From positions 1,050-65,049 of the forward strand of contig JAJDUD010000027.1 of NCBI GenBank assembly GCA_022826825.1: DNA of 64,000 nt, written 5' to 3'. Both the position numbers and the translations under genes were made by a program. Of this stretch, positions 8,017 to 18,239 are shown one piece after another. The notes below the pieces were generated by a model. It searched no databases and was not told the DNA's origin. It saw nothing but the letters and a program-made list of their open reading frames with translations. How positions within the stretch are numbered: position 1 is the stretch's first letter; the number at the start of each line of letters is the position of its first letter. The DNA comes from Acidobacteriota bacterium (GTDB taxonomy: Bacteria; Acidobacteriota; Vicinamibacteria; Marinacidobacterales; Marinacidobacteraceae).

Positions 8017-9630
8017 ATGGTGCTTTTGTTCGCGTCCTTCCAAACCTCGCCTGCGGCCGGTCAGATTGCGTTCCGCGACGTTGCCGAGACCGCCGGCATC
8101 TCCTTCCGGCACGAGCGGGGCGCCCGGGGCGAGTGGCACCCCGTGGAGACGATGGGGTCCGGCGTCGCCGTCCTCGACTACGACGGCGACGGGGCGCCCG
8201 ACCTCTTCTTCGTGCAGGGCGGGGAGGTGCCGGGGACGGGCCGGCCGCCGGGACCCGTGGGGGCGCTCTATCGCAACGAAGGGGCCGGGCGCTTTCGGGA
8301 CGTGAGCGTGGCGGCCGGGTTCGGAGCGCCAGCCCCGGTCGAGGGTCACGGGATGGGCGCGGTCGCCGCCGACTACGACAACGACGGGGACGCCGACCTG
8401 CTGATCACCCGCGCCGGACGGGACCTCCTCTACGCGAACCGGGGCGACGGGACGTTCACGCTCCGGGACGCGGGACTGAACGCGGCGGGCTGGAGCGCGA
8501 GCGCCGCCTTCTCGGACCTCGACGGGGACGGCGATCTCGATCTCTTCGTCACCCACTACCTCGACTGGTCCCCGGCGAACAACCCGGTGTGCGCGCGGAC
8601 GATCGCCGGCGAGCCGGTCCGCTCCTACTGCCTCCCCGACGCCTTCTCCGGAGTGCCGGACCTGCTCTACGAGAACCGCGGCGACGGTTCGTTCGCCGAC
8701 GTGACCGAGGCCGCCGGCGTGGGACTCCGGACCGGCAAGGGGCTCGGCGTCCTCGCCGCCGACCTGATCGGGGACTTTCTCCCCGACCTCTATGTGGCGA
8801 ACGACACGGTGCCCAACTTCCTCTTCGAGAACCTGGGAGGGCTGCGGTTCCGGGAACGGGGCCTCCCGGCGGGCGTCGCCTACGACGGCGACGGGAACGC
8901 CCTCGCCGGCATGGGGATCGCGGCGGCGGACATCGAGTCCGACGGGGACCTCGACCTGTTCGTCACGAACTTCCAGGGCGAGGCGAACAACCTCTACGTG
9001 TCGGACCGGCACGGCGTGTTCCGCGACGTCTCCTTCCTCTCCGGGGTGGGGCGCCCGTCGCTCGCCTGGCTGGGCTTCGGCGCCGTCTTCGCCGACCTCG
9101 ACAACGACGCCGCGCCGGACCTCTGCGTCACCAACGGCCACGTCCTCGACAACGCGCCGATCCTCTTTCCCGGAACGGACTACCGCCAGCGGGACGTCTG
9201 CTTCCGCAACCTGGGCGGTTCGTTCGAGCCGGTGGTGCTGGACCTGCCTCCGGCGGTCGGCCGGGGCCTGGTGGCGATCGATTTCGACGAGGACGGCCTC
9301 CTCGATCTCGCCGTCTCCCGCTCCGGCGGAACGGCGGCGCTGCTTCGGAATGGCGGCGACCCGGCTCCCCGGGCGGTGCTGCGCCTCGTGGGACGGGCCT
9401 CCAACCGCGACGGGGTCGGCGCCGAGGTCGTGGTGGACCGGGGAGGACGATCGAGCCGGTCGGTGGTCACCGCCGGATCGAGCTATCTGTCGTCCGGGGC
9501 CCGGGAGGTCTGGATCGGCCTTCGGCCCGGAGTCCCGGACTCGGTTAGGGTGCGCTGGCCTGCCGGCGCCGAACAGCCGGTTCGGGTGGACGGGCCGGGG
9601 TCGTTCCCGGTCGTCGAAGAACCAGACTAG
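8017..9630 (+). CDS. CRTAC1-family protein (FG-GAP/VCBS-like repeats plus an ASPIC/UnbV C-terminal domain), secreted
   Basis: 538 aa, starting MVLLFASFQTSPAAG (signal-like). It has repeated DxDGDGxxDL motifs (LDYDGDGAPDLFF, SDLDGDGDLDLFV, IESDGDLDLFVTN) and an UnbV-like C-terminus. The longer upstream extension of ORF 7387.. reads through repeat element A and is rejected. Confidence 0.7.
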   Translation: MVLLFASFQTSPAAGQIAFRDVAETAGISFRHERGARGEWHPVETMGSGVAVLDYDGDGAPDLFFVQGGEVPGTGRPPGPVGALYRNEGAGRFRDVSVAAGFGAPAPVEGHGMGAVAADYDNDGDADLLITRAGRDLLYANRGDGTFTLRDAGLNAAGWSASAAFSDLDGDGDLDLFVTHYLDWSPANNPVCARTIAGEPVRSYCLPDAFSGVPDLLYENRGDGSFADVTEAAGVGLRTGKGLGVLAADLIGDFLPDLYVANDTVPNFLFENLGGLRFRERGLPAGVAYDGDGNALAGMGIAAADIESDGDLDLFVTNFQGEANNLYVSDRHGVFRDVSFLSGVGRPSLAWLGFGAVFADLDNDAAPDLCVTNGHVLDNAPILFPGTDYRQRDVCFRNLGGSFEPVVLDLPPAVGRGLVAIDFDEDGLLDLAVSRSGGTAALLRNGGDPAPRAVLRLVGRASNRDGVGAEVVVDRGGRSSRSVVTAGSSYLSSGAREVWIGLRPGVPDSVRVRWPAGAEQPVRVDGPGSFPVVEEPD

Positions 9631-9639
9631 GGAGAAGCG

Positions 9640-10692
9640 ATGCGCTCAAGGCGACTCATCCAGGCCGTGGACCTCCACGCCGCCGGCGAGCCCGGACGGG
9701 TCATCGTCGGGGGCGTCCTCGACGTGCCGGGCGAGACGATGTTCCGGAAGATGCAGTACCTCGAGCGCCACGCCGACGGGATCCGGAAGCTCATGCTCCG
9801 GGAGCCCCGCGGATATCCGGCCGCCAACTGCAACCTGGTGCTGCCGCCGACCCATCCCGACGCCGACGCGGGGTTCGTGATCATGGAGCAGACCGAGTAC
9901 CCGCCGATGTCCGGAACGAACACCATCTGCACGGTCACCGCGCTCATCGAGACCGGCATGGTGGCGGCCGTCGAGCCGCTGACCGAACTCACCCTGGAGA
10001 CGCCCGCCGGACTGATCCAGGTGCAGGCGAGCGTGGACGGCGGCAAGGTCACCCGGGTCACCTTCGAGAACGTGCCCGCCTTTCCGGTCCACCTGGGGGC
10101 GAAGGTGGAGATTCCCACCTTCGGCGAGGTGGAGGTGGACGTCTCCTGGGGCGGGATGTTCTACGCGATCGCCGACGCGGCCCGCTTCGGGCTCCGGATC
10201 GTCCCGGAGCACGGGCGGGAGCTGGCCCGGGTGGGGGCGATGGTGAAGCAGGCGGCGCGCGAACAGCTCGAGGCGGTGCATCCCGAGAACCCCGAGATCC
10301 GGCAGGCGAGCATCGGCGAACTCACCGGACCCTTCGACCCCGAAACCCGGACCGCCGCGAACGCGGTCTCGGTCGCGGTCGGCGACCTCGACTGGGACCG
10401 CCCCGAGACCTGGACCGGTGCGCTCGACCGCTCCCCCTGCGGGACGGGAACGTCCGCCCGGATGGCCTGCCTCCACGCACGGGGCCTGCTGGGAATCGGC
10501 GAGGACTTCCATCACCTCGGTCCGGTCGGCACCGAGTTCGTGGGACGGCTGGTCCGCACCACCACCGTGGGCGGGGTGCCGGCGGTGGTGCCGACGATCA
10601 GCGGGACCGCCTGGATCACCGGGACGGCGCAGTATTCCGTGGACCCGGGGGATCCCTTCCCGGAGGGGTTCACGGTCGGGGACATCTGGTAG
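9640..10692 (+). CDS. Proline racemase family protein (4-hydroxyproline epimerase / trans-3-hydroxy-L-proline dehydratase-like)
   Basis: 350 aa. It contains the family motif SPCGTGTSARMA and an overall PrdF/HypE-like layout. It starts 10 bp after the CRTAC1 stop, with a GGGAGAAG ribosome-binding site. Confidence 0.75.
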   Translation: MRSRRLIQAVDLHAAGEPGRVIVGGVLDVPGETMFRKMQYLERHADGIRKLMLREPRGYPAANCNLVLPPTHPDADAGFVIMEQTEYPPMSGTNTICTVTALIETGMVAAVEPLTELTLETPAGLIQVQASVDGGKVTRVTFENVPAFPVHLGAKVEIPTFGEVEVDVSWGGMFYAIADAARFGLRIVPEHGRELARVGAMVKQAAREQLEAVHPENPEIRQASIGELTGPFDPETRTAANAVSVAVGDLDWDRPETWTGALDRSPCGTGTSARMACLHARGLLGIGEDFHHLGPVGTEFVGRLVRTTTVGGVPAVVPTISGTAWITGTAQYSVDPGDPFPEGFTVGDIW

Positions 10693-10715
10693 GCGTCACC
10701 CGGGATTGGCGGTGG

Positions 10716-10765
10716 GAGTTTCGCTGGCCGCCGGCCGGCGATGCCGGTCTGAAGACCGGCGCTCC
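10716..10765. repeat. Family-2 repeat, solo right arm (gggagtttcgc...gcgatgccggtctgaagaccggcgctcc)
   Basis: It matches the right arm of the complete element at 18240..18458 and the arms at 39964 and 42691. Confidence 0.6.
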
Positions 10766-10839
10766 TCCCGGCGCTGCGGCAAGCCGCATAAAATGTCCCG
10801 TTGCCCATCGCGGCAGCAGCAGGAGGGCTCTCCACGGCC

Positions 10840-12897
10840 ATGGTAAAGATGATTCGTTCTTCTGTCGGCAGGCGTTCTGACCGGCTGGTGTTCTTTGGCG
10901 CGCTCGCGTGCGCCGGGCTCTTGTTCGCCGGGTCCGCCGCGGCGCAGGATCCCGCGGAACTCGTGGTGGATCCGCCCGAGCTGACGCTCGAGGTCGGAAC
11001 AACCGCGCAGCTCACCGCGACCGTCCGGGACGCGGCCGGCAACGCGCTCGAGCGCGGCGTGGTGTTCTTCTCGCGGGCCCGGCGCTACGTGGGGGTGAAC
11101 CCGGCGGGGATGGTGGAAGCCCACCGTCCCGGCGAGCACACCCTGATCGCCATGGTTCCGGCGGACCCCGGCGCCATGGACCGGCGCGCCGAGCCGGCGC
11201 TGATGGTCGAGATTCCGGTGACGGTGCCGTGGCCGCCGCTCGCGAGCGTCGAGATCGCGGCGCTTCCGGGCAATCTCTACGCCGGGACCTCCCTGCGGGT
11301 CACCGCCACGGCCACGGACACCTCCGGGGCCGAGCGCAAACCCGACTTCGCGTGGTCGTCGAGCGACTCCGACGTGGCGACGGTCAGCCCGCACGGGGTC
11401 CTGATGCTCCACGGCGAGGGGTCGGCGACGATCTCCGCGAGCGCCGAGTCCGCCAGCGGCGACGCCACGGTCCGGGTGAGCGCCAATCCGGCGGTCCGCC
11501 TCGAGGTCTCCGCTGCCGAGGAAGAGGTTCGCACCGGCGACGTGGTCTGGTTCGAGGGGCGCGCCCTCGACGCCGGCGGCAACGAGGTTCCCGACTTCCC
11601 GATCCAGTACGCGGTCTCGACCCGGACCCCGGACACCCTGGTGGCGCCCGGCGCGGCCGCCTTCGTGGAGCCGGACGGCGCCTTCGTCGCCGAGCGGCCG
11701 GGCCTCCACACCGTGGTGGCCGCCGGGGGCTCGCTCACCGCCCGGGAGACGATCCGTGCGGTCGGCCGCAACCTGAAGAAGGACTGGGAGATCGTGGGCC
11801 GGGGTCCGGTGCGCGACCGGCACACCTCGGACCTGTGGGTCTGGGAGGGTCTCGACGGCCGCGACTACGCGATCACCGGGACGTGGGGCGCCGACGGGCA
11901 CGCCTACTTCTGGGACGTGACCGATCCGTCGAGCATCCACCTCGTGGACACCGTCCGGGTGGACGCCCGCACCGTGAACGACGTGAAGGTCTCGCCCGAC
12001 GGCAAGTTCGCGGTCATCAGCCGGGAAGGCGCCTCCAACCGGCGGAACGGGCTGGTGGTCCTCGACGTGGCGAACCCCACCGACGGGGTGAAGATCATCG
12101 CCCGCTACGACGACCAGTTGACCGGCGGCGTCCACAACACGTTCGTGGCCGAGAACCACATCCTGGCGCTCTCCGCCGGGCGGCGCTACGACATCCTGAA
12201 CGCCGAGGATCCCGAGAACCCCTACCGGGTGGGACGCTTCGAGCTCGACACTCCCGGCCACGGCATCCACGACGTCTGGGTGCAGGACGGCATCGCCTGG
12301 TCCTCGAACTGGACCGACGGGGTGGTCGCGGTGGACATCGGCGGCGGCGGCAAGGGCGGCGCCCCCAACAACCCCGTGATGATGGGCAGCTTCAAGTACC
12401 CGAACGGCTGGAACCACGCCGGCTTCCCCTACCGGAGCCAGTCCACCGGCAAGATGCTGGTGTTCGCCGGCGACGAGAACTTCCCCTGGGGCTTCGACCC
12501 CGAGGGCAAGCTCCCGGACCGGGCGGCGGGCTGGGTCCACATCGCCGAGTGGGATGAGGACGGCGGGATCGGCCGCGAGGTGGCGCGCTACCAGGTCCCC
12601 GAGGCCGGCACCCACAACCTCTGGATCGAGGACGACATCATGTATGTCGGCTACTACAACGGCGGCCTCCGGGTGGTGGACGTCTCCGGCGAGCTGCGCG
12701 GCGACCTCTACCAGCAGGGCCGGGAGATCAGCTTCTTCGAGCCGGCCGATCCCGAAGGCTTCAAGCCCAACGCCCCGTTCGTCTGGGGCCCGCAGCCTTT
12801 CAAGGGCACCATCTTCTTCACCGACTTCAACTCGGGCCTCTGGGCCGTCCGGCTCGTGGATCCCGAGACCCCGCGCAACATGGGGGAACCCAACTGA
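10840..12897 (+). CDS. Secreted Big_2 (bacterial Ig-like) + LVIVD-repeat beta-propeller protein, paralog 1
   Basis: 685 aa. A signal peptide is followed by Big_2-like segments (TATVRDAAGN..., ATISASAESASGDATVRV) and then LVIVD repeats (NGLVVLDVANP, GGLRVVDVSGE). It is ~55-60% identical to paralogs 2-4. Confidence 0.7.
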   Translation: MVKMIRSSVGRRSDRLVFFGALACAGLLFAGSAAAQDPAELVVDPPELTLEVGTTAQLTATVRDAAGNALERGVVFFSRARRYVGVNPAGMVEAHRPGEHTLIAMVPADPGAMDRRAEPALMVEIPVTVPWPPLASVEIAALPGNLYAGTSLRVTATATDTSGAERKPDFAWSSSDSDVATVSPHGVLMLHGEGSATISASAESASGDATVRVSANPAVRLEVSAAEEEVRTGDVVWFEGRALDAGGNEVPDFPIQYAVSTRTPDTLVAPGAAAFVEPDGAFVAERPGLHTVVAAGGSLTARETIRAVGRNLKKDWEIVGRGPVRDRHTSDLWVWEGLDGRDYAITGTWGADGHAYFWDVTDPSSIHLVDTVRVDARTVNDVKVSPDGKFAVISREGASNRRNGLVVLDVANPTDGVKIIARYDDQLTGGVHNTFVAENHILALSAGRRYDILNAEDPENPYRVGRFELDTPGHGIHDVWVQDGIAWSSNWTDGVVAVDIGGGGKGGAPNNPVMMGSFKYPNGWNHAGFPYRSQSTGKMLVFAGDENFPWGFDPEGKLPDRAAGWVHIAEWDEDGGIGREVARYQVPEAGTHNLWIEDDIMYVGYYNGGLRVVDVSGELRGDLYQQGREISFFEPADPEGFKPNAPFVWGPQPFKGTIFFTDFNSGLWAVRLVDPETPRNMGEPN

Positions 12898-14030
12898 TGC
12901 CTTCCCGCTCCCGCATCCGCTTCCTGGCGGCGTCCGTCCTGGTCCTTTCGCTGTCCCTCGCTCCGCTGGCGGCCGCCGAAGATCCCGAGCCGCCGCGGCG
13001 CAACTACTTCGTCTACGTCTGCGCCGAGTCGGACGACACCGTCCACCTGCTCCGCTACGGCCCCACCGGCTTCGAGGAGCTCGACCAGATCACGGTCGGC
13101 AGTTTCCCGACGGAGACCGAGGGCCCGCACGGAATCAACATCTCGCCCGACGGGCGCTACTGGTTCCTCTCCATCGCCCACGGCATGCCGTTCGGCGCCG
13201 TGCACAAGTACGAGACCGGGACCAACGAGTGGCTCGGGGACGCCACCCTCGGCATGTTCCCGGCGACGATGGACGTCTCGCCGAGCACCGGGCTGCTCTA
13301 CGTCGTCAACTTCAACCTCCACGGCGACCACGTCCCGAGCACCATCTCGGTGGTGGAGACCGGGACCATGATCGAGGTGGCCACCATTGACACCGGCGTG
13401 ATGCCGCACGGCGCGCGGATGAACGGCAAGGGCGACCGGCTCTACTCGGTGAACATGATGGACGACGAGCTGGTCGAAGTGGACACCATGCGCTTCGAGA
13501 TCGCCCGGCGCCTCTATCTCGGGACCGACCCGCATGCCGGACACGCCGGCATGGACCACGGTGACATGGGCGGCATGCGCGCGCCGGTGGTGAAGCCCAC
13601 CTGGGCGACCAAGCCCTCGCCCGCCGGCAAGGTGTACGTGGCCGGCAACGGCGACAGCGCCATCTACGAGGTGGACCTCGAGGGATGGGAGGTCTCGCGG
13701 CGGTTCGATGCCGGCCCGGGGGAGAACCCCTACAACCTCGAGATCACGTCGGACGGCTCGGTGCTGGTCGCCACCTACAAGTCCGGCAAGAGACTCGGCT
13801 TCTGGGACCTCGGCAGCGGCGAGCTGATCGCCGCGCCGGAGACCACGCGGCGGGTGCCGCACGGCGTGGTGGTCTCGGACGACGACCGCTACGCGATCGT
13901 GACCCTCGAAGGGGTCGGGGGCGAGCCGGGGACGGTCGAGGTCTATGACATCGCCACCACCCAGCGGGTCTCCGAGATCGACGTCGGCAAGCAGGCCGGC
14001 GGCATCATCTACTGGAAGGGCGAGCCGTAA
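12897..14030 (+). CDS. Secreted YVTN-family beta-propeller repeat protein with a His-rich loop
   Basis: 377 aa. A signal peptide is followed by repeated ~40-aa YVTN-like blades (LLYVVNFNLHGD, RLYSVNMMDDE, VYVAGNGDSAIYEVD). The loop reads DPHAGHAGMDHGDMGGM. Its start overlaps the paralog-1 stop by one nucleotide (TGATG). Confidence 0.65.
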   Translation: MPSRSRIRFLAASVLVLSLSLAPLAAAEDPEPPRRNYFVYVCAESDDTVHLLRYGPTGFEELDQITVGSFPTETEGPHGINISPDGRYWFLSIAHGMPFGAVHKYETGTNEWLGDATLGMFPATMDVSPSTGLLYVVNFNLHGDHVPSTISVVETGTMIEVATIDTGVMPHGARMNGKGDRLYSVNMMDDELVEVDTMRFEIARRLYLGTDPHAGHAGMDHGDMGGMRAPVVKPTWATKPSPAGKVYVAGNGDSAIYEVDLEGWEVSRRFDAGPGENPYNLEITSDGSVLVATYKSGKRLGFWDLGSGELIAAPETTRRVPHGVVVSDDDRYAIVTLEGVGGEPGTVEVYDIATTQRVSEIDVGKQAGGIIYWKGEP

Positions 14031-14050
14031 ATCGCGCCTGGGAGGCACTG

Positions 14051-16117
14051 ATGACCGAGCAGCACTCGAATTCCTGGACGCGGTTCCTGATCGCGTTCGG
14101 TTGCACCCTCGCGCTGGTCCCGGGACTCGCGCTGGCCCAGGAAGAGGCGGAGGCCGAGGAAGGCCCGCAGCCCGCCGAGCTCATCGTTACCCCGTCCGAG
14201 CTCGAGCTCGAGGTCGGCGACTCGCTGACGCTCGAGGCCGAAGTCCGGGACGGCGACGGCAACCCGATGGACCGCACGGTGGTGTTCTATTCGCGCCGCC
14301 GGCGCTCGGTGGGCGTGAACCCGGCGGGCATCGTCGAGGCCTACCGGCCGGGCGAGCACGTCCTGATCGCCATGGTGCCGAAGGACCCGGAGGACCTCCA
14401 CCGGCGGGCCGAACCCGCAGTGATGGTGGAGATCCCGGTGACGATCCCCAACCCGCCGGTGGCGACGGTCGAGGTCGCGAACCTGCCGGGGCACCTGTAC
14501 GCAGGGACCGAGATCGGCCTGCGCCCGACGGTCACGGACATCTCGGAGGCCGTCCGGCACGACGTGGAGGTCGGCTGGAGCACCGCGGACCCGTCGGTCG
14601 CGAGCGTGGACGCCCTCGGGGTGCTGACCCTGGTGAGCGCCGGGCGGACCACCCTGACGGTCTCCGCCGAGGAGGCTTCGAGCGACACCGCCATCGAGGT
14701 GCTCGCCAACCCGGTCGCCTCGATCACCCTCGGCGGGGCGCCGGCGGAGCCGGTGCGCACCGGCGACGTGGTGTTCTTCGAGGCGAAGGTCACGGACGCC
14801 TCCGGGAACGAGGTGCCCGACTACCCGGTGCAGTTCGCCACCTTCGGCATCCCCGCCGACGGGATCGTGGCCCCGGGCGCGATCGGCCAGGTCGATGACG
14901 CGGGCGCCTTCGTGGCCGAGCGGTCGGGAACCCACACGGTGATCGTGGACGGGTTCAACCACTCGGCGAGCGCGACGGTCGCGGTCGTCGCCCGGAACGT
15001 GCGGAAGGACGTCGAGGTCGTGGGACGGGGCCCCGTCCGCGACCGGCGCACCTCCGACCTCTGGGTCTGGGAGGGCACCGACGGCCGGGACTACGCCGTG
15101 ACCGGCACCCACAGCGCCGACGGCCACGCCTACTTCTGGGACGTCACCGACCCGTCGGCGATCTCGCTGATCGACACCGTGCGGGTGGACGCCCGGACGG
15201 TGAACGACGTCAAGGTCTCGGAGGACGGCAAGTTCTGCGTGATCAGCCGGGAGGGCGCCTCGAACCGGAAGAACGGCCTGGTGATCCTCGACGTCAGCGA
15301 CGTGCAGAACGGCATCGAGGTGATCGCCCGCTACGACGACCAGCTCAGCGGCGGCGTCCACAACGTCTTCATCGCCGAGGACCACATCTACGCGCTCTCG
15401 GCGGGCCGGCGCTACGACATCCTGAACGCCGAGGACCCGACGAACCCGTACCGGGTGGGACGCTTCGAGCTGGACACCCCCGGCCACTCCATCCACGACG
15501 TGTGGGTGGCGGACGGGATCGCCTACTCCTCCAACTGGAACGACGGGATCGTCGCGGTGGACGTGGGCGGCGGCGGCATGGGCGGTGCGCCGAACAACCC
15601 GGTGATGCTCGGAAGCACCCCGTACCCGAGCGGCTGGAACCACGCGGCGTATCCCTACCGCAGCAAGTCCACCGGCAAGTTCCTGATGATCGGCGGGGAC
15701 GAGGCGTTCCCGTACCAGTTGATGGAAGGGCCGCGAGCCCCGCGCCGGGCGGCCGGCTGGATCCACATCTTCGAGTGGGACGAGTGGGACAACCCCAAGG
15801 AAGTGGCCCGCTACCAGGTGCCGGAGGCGGGAACCCACAACCTGTGGGTCGAGGACGACATCCTCTACATCGCCTACTACAACGGCGGCCTGCGGGTCGT
15901 GGACATCTCCGGCGAGATGCGCGGCGACCTCTACCGCCAGGGGCGCGAGATCGCCATGTTCCGCCCCTTCGATCCCGAGACCGTCAAGCCGAACACCCCC
16001 TTCGTCTGGGGGCCGCAGCCCTACAAGGGCCACATCTTCATCGCCGACAACAGCTCGGGCCTCTGGGCGGTCAAGCTCGTGGACGCCGAGCCGCGCAACC
16101 TTGGTGAACCGCACTAG
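14051..16117 (+). CDS. Secreted Big_2 + LVIVD beta-propeller protein, paralog 2
   Basis: 688 aa. It is ~85-90% identical to paralogs 3 and 4, with a GGGAGG ribosome-binding site upstream. Confidence 0.75.
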   Translation: MTEQHSNSWTRFLIAFGCTLALVPGLALAQEEAEAEEGPQPAELIVTPSELELEVGDSLTLEAEVRDGDGNPMDRTVVFYSRRRRSVGVNPAGIVEAYRPGEHVLIAMVPKDPEDLHRRAEPAVMVEIPVTIPNPPVATVEVANLPGHLYAGTEIGLRPTVTDISEAVRHDVEVGWSTADPSVASVDALGVLTLVSAGRTTLTVSAEEASSDTAIEVLANPVASITLGGAPAEPVRTGDVVFFEAKVTDASGNEVPDYPVQFATFGIPADGIVAPGAIGQVDDAGAFVAERSGTHTVIVDGFNHSASATVAVVARNVRKDVEVVGRGPVRDRRTSDLWVWEGTDGRDYAVTGTHSADGHAYFWDVTDPSAISLIDTVRVDARTVNDVKVSEDGKFCVISREGASNRKNGLVILDVSDVQNGIEVIARYDDQLSGGVHNVFIAEDHIYALSAGRRYDILNAEDPTNPYRVGRFELDTPGHSIHDVWVADGIAYSSNWNDGIVAVDVGGGGMGGAPNNPVMLGSTPYPSGWNHAAYPYRSKSTGKFLMIGGDEAFPYQLMEGPRAPRRAAGWIHIFEWDEWDNPKEVARYQVPEAGTHNLWVEDDILYIAYYNGGLRVVDISGEMRGDLYRQGREIAMFRPFDPETVKPNTPFVWGPQPYKGHIFIADNSSGLWAVKLVDAEPRNLGEPH

Positions 16118-16130
16118 GGGACAACGAACC

Positions 16131-18188
16131 ATGAACCGGACACTGCACCTTCATCCCTTGCCCGTGGCGGTTGCCGCGCTTCTGCTGCTCGCCTTCCCGG
16201 CGTTCGCCCAGGAGGAAGCCGAGGAGACGGCCGCGCCCGAGCCCGCTGAACTCGTCATCACCCCGTCCGAGGTGGAACTCGAGGTCGGCGACTCGCTGAC
16301 GCTCCAGTCCGAGGTCCGGGACAGCGAAGGCAACCCGATGGACCGCACGGTGGTGTTCTACTCGCGCCGCCGGCGCTCGGTGGGGGTCAACCCGGCGGGC
16401 ATCGTCGAGGCTTACCGGCCCGGTGAGCACACCCTGATCGCCATGGTGCCGAAGGACCCGGAGGACACCAGCCGCCGGGCCGAGCCTGCGGTCATGGTGG
16501 AGATCCCGGTGACCATCCCCAATCCCCCGGTGGCCACCGTCGAGGTCGTGAACCTCCCGGGCCACCTCTACACGGGGACCGAGATCGGCCTCCGTTCCCT
16601 GGTCACCGACATCTCGGGCGCGGTCCGGAACGACGTCGAGGTGGGCTGGAGCAGCGCCGACCCGTCGGTGGCGAGCGTGGACTCCCTCGGGGTGCTGACC
16701 CTGATGGGCGCCGGCACGACGACGGTCACGGTGTCCGCCGAGGAGGCGTCGAGCGACGCCGCGGTCGAGGTGCTCGCCAACCCGGTGGCCTCGATCACCC
16801 TGAGCGGAGCGCCCGACGACGCGGTGCGGACCGGCGACGTGGTGTTCTTCACCGCGACGGCGATGGACGGTTCGGGGAATGCGGTGCCGGACTACCCGGT
16901 GCAGTTCGCGACCTTCGGGGTCCCGACGGACGGGATCGTGGCGCCCGGCGCCATCGGACAGGTGGACGAGGACGGCGCCTTCGTGGCGGAGCGCACCGGC
17001 ACCCACACGGTGATCGCCGACGGGTTCACGACGTCCGCCAGCGCGACGGTGGCGGTGGTGCCGAGGAACGTGCGCAAGGACGTGGAAGTGGTCGGGCAGG
17101 GCCCCGTCCGCGACCGGCGCACCTCGGACCTCTGGGTCTGGGAAGGCGTCGACGGCCGGGACTACGCGGTCACCGGCACCCACAGCGCGGACGGCCACGC
17201 CTACTTCTGGGACGTCACCGACCCCTCGGCGATCGCCCTGATCGACACGGTGCGGGTGGACGCCCGCACGGTGAACGACGTGAAGGTCTCCGAGGACGGG
17301 ATGTTCTGCGTGATCAGCCGCGAGGGGGCCTCGAACCGGAAGAACGGCCTCGTGATCCTCGACGTCAGCGATCCGCTGAACGGCGTCTCGGTGATCGCCC
17401 GCTACGACGACCAGCTCAGCGGCGGGGTCCACAACGTCTTCATCGCGGAAGACCACGTCTATGCGCTCTCCGCGGGACGCCGCTACGACATCCTGAACGC
17501 CGAGGACCCGACGAACCCCTACCGGGTGGGGCGCTTCGAGCTCGACACCCCCGGCCACTCGATCCACGACGTCTGGGTCCACGAGGGCATCGCGTATTCG
17601 TCCAACTGGAGTGATGGCGTGGTCGCCGTGGACGTGGGCGGCGGCGGCATGGGCGGGGCTCCCAACAACCCCGTGATGCTGGGCAAGACCCCGTATCCGA
17701 GCGGCTGGAACCACGCGGCGTATCCCTACAAGAGCCAGTCCACCGGCAAGTTCCTGATGATCGGCGGGGACGAGGCGTTCCCCTACCAGACGATGCGCGC
17801 GGAGCGGACTCCCGGCCGGGCCGCCGGCTGGATCCACATCTTCGAGTGGGACGACTGGGAGAACGCCCGCGAGGTAGCCCGCTACCAGGTGCCCGAGGCG
17901 GGGACCCACAACCTGTGGGTGGAGGACGACATCCTCTACATCGCCTACTACAACGGCGGCCTGCGGGTGGTGGACATCTCCGGCGAGCTGCGCGGCGACC
18001 TCTACCGCCAGGGGCGCGAGATCGCCATGTTCCGCCCGTTCGATCCCGAGAGCCGGGTCCCGAACGCCCCGATGGTCTGGGGACCGCAGCCCTACAAGGG
18101 CAACATCTTCCTCAGCGACATGAACTCGGGCCTCTGGGCCGTCAAGCTGGTGGATCCCGAGCCGATCAACCTGGGCGAACCGGAGTAA
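16131..18188 (+). CDS. Secreted Big_2 + LVIVD beta-propeller protein, paralog 3
   Basis: 685 aa. It starts 13 bp after the paralog-2 stop. Confidence 0.75.
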   Translation: MNRTLHLHPLPVAVAALLLLAFPAFAQEEAEETAAPEPAELVITPSEVELEVGDSLTLQSEVRDSEGNPMDRTVVFYSRRRRSVGVNPAGIVEAYRPGEHTLIAMVPKDPEDTSRRAEPAVMVEIPVTIPNPPVATVEVVNLPGHLYTGTEIGLRSLVTDISGAVRNDVEVGWSSADPSVASVDSLGVLTLMGAGTTTVTVSAEEASSDAAVEVLANPVASITLSGAPDDAVRTGDVVFFTATAMDGSGNAVPDYPVQFATFGVPTDGIVAPGAIGQVDEDGAFVAERTGTHTVIADGFTTSASATVAVVPRNVRKDVEVVGQGPVRDRRTSDLWVWEGVDGRDYAVTGTHSADGHAYFWDVTDPSAIALIDTVRVDARTVNDVKVSEDGMFCVISREGASNRKNGLVILDVSDPLNGVSVIARYDDQLSGGVHNVFIAEDHVYALSAGRRYDILNAEDPTNPYRVGRFELDTPGHSIHDVWVHEGIAYSSNWSDGVVAVDVGGGGMGGAPNNPVMLGKTPYPSGWNHAAYPYKSQSTGKFLMIGGDEAFPYQTMRAERTPGRAAGWIHIFEWDDWENAREVARYQVPEAGTHNLWVEDDILYIAYYNGGLRVVDISGELRGDLYRQGREIAMFRPFDPESRVPNAPMVWGPQPYKGNIFLSDMNSGLWAVKLVDPEPINLGEPE

Positions 18189-18239
18189 GGAGAACCCTGG
18201 GAGCGCCGGCCAGTCCTCCCGGGTGGGGCCTTCAGACCA

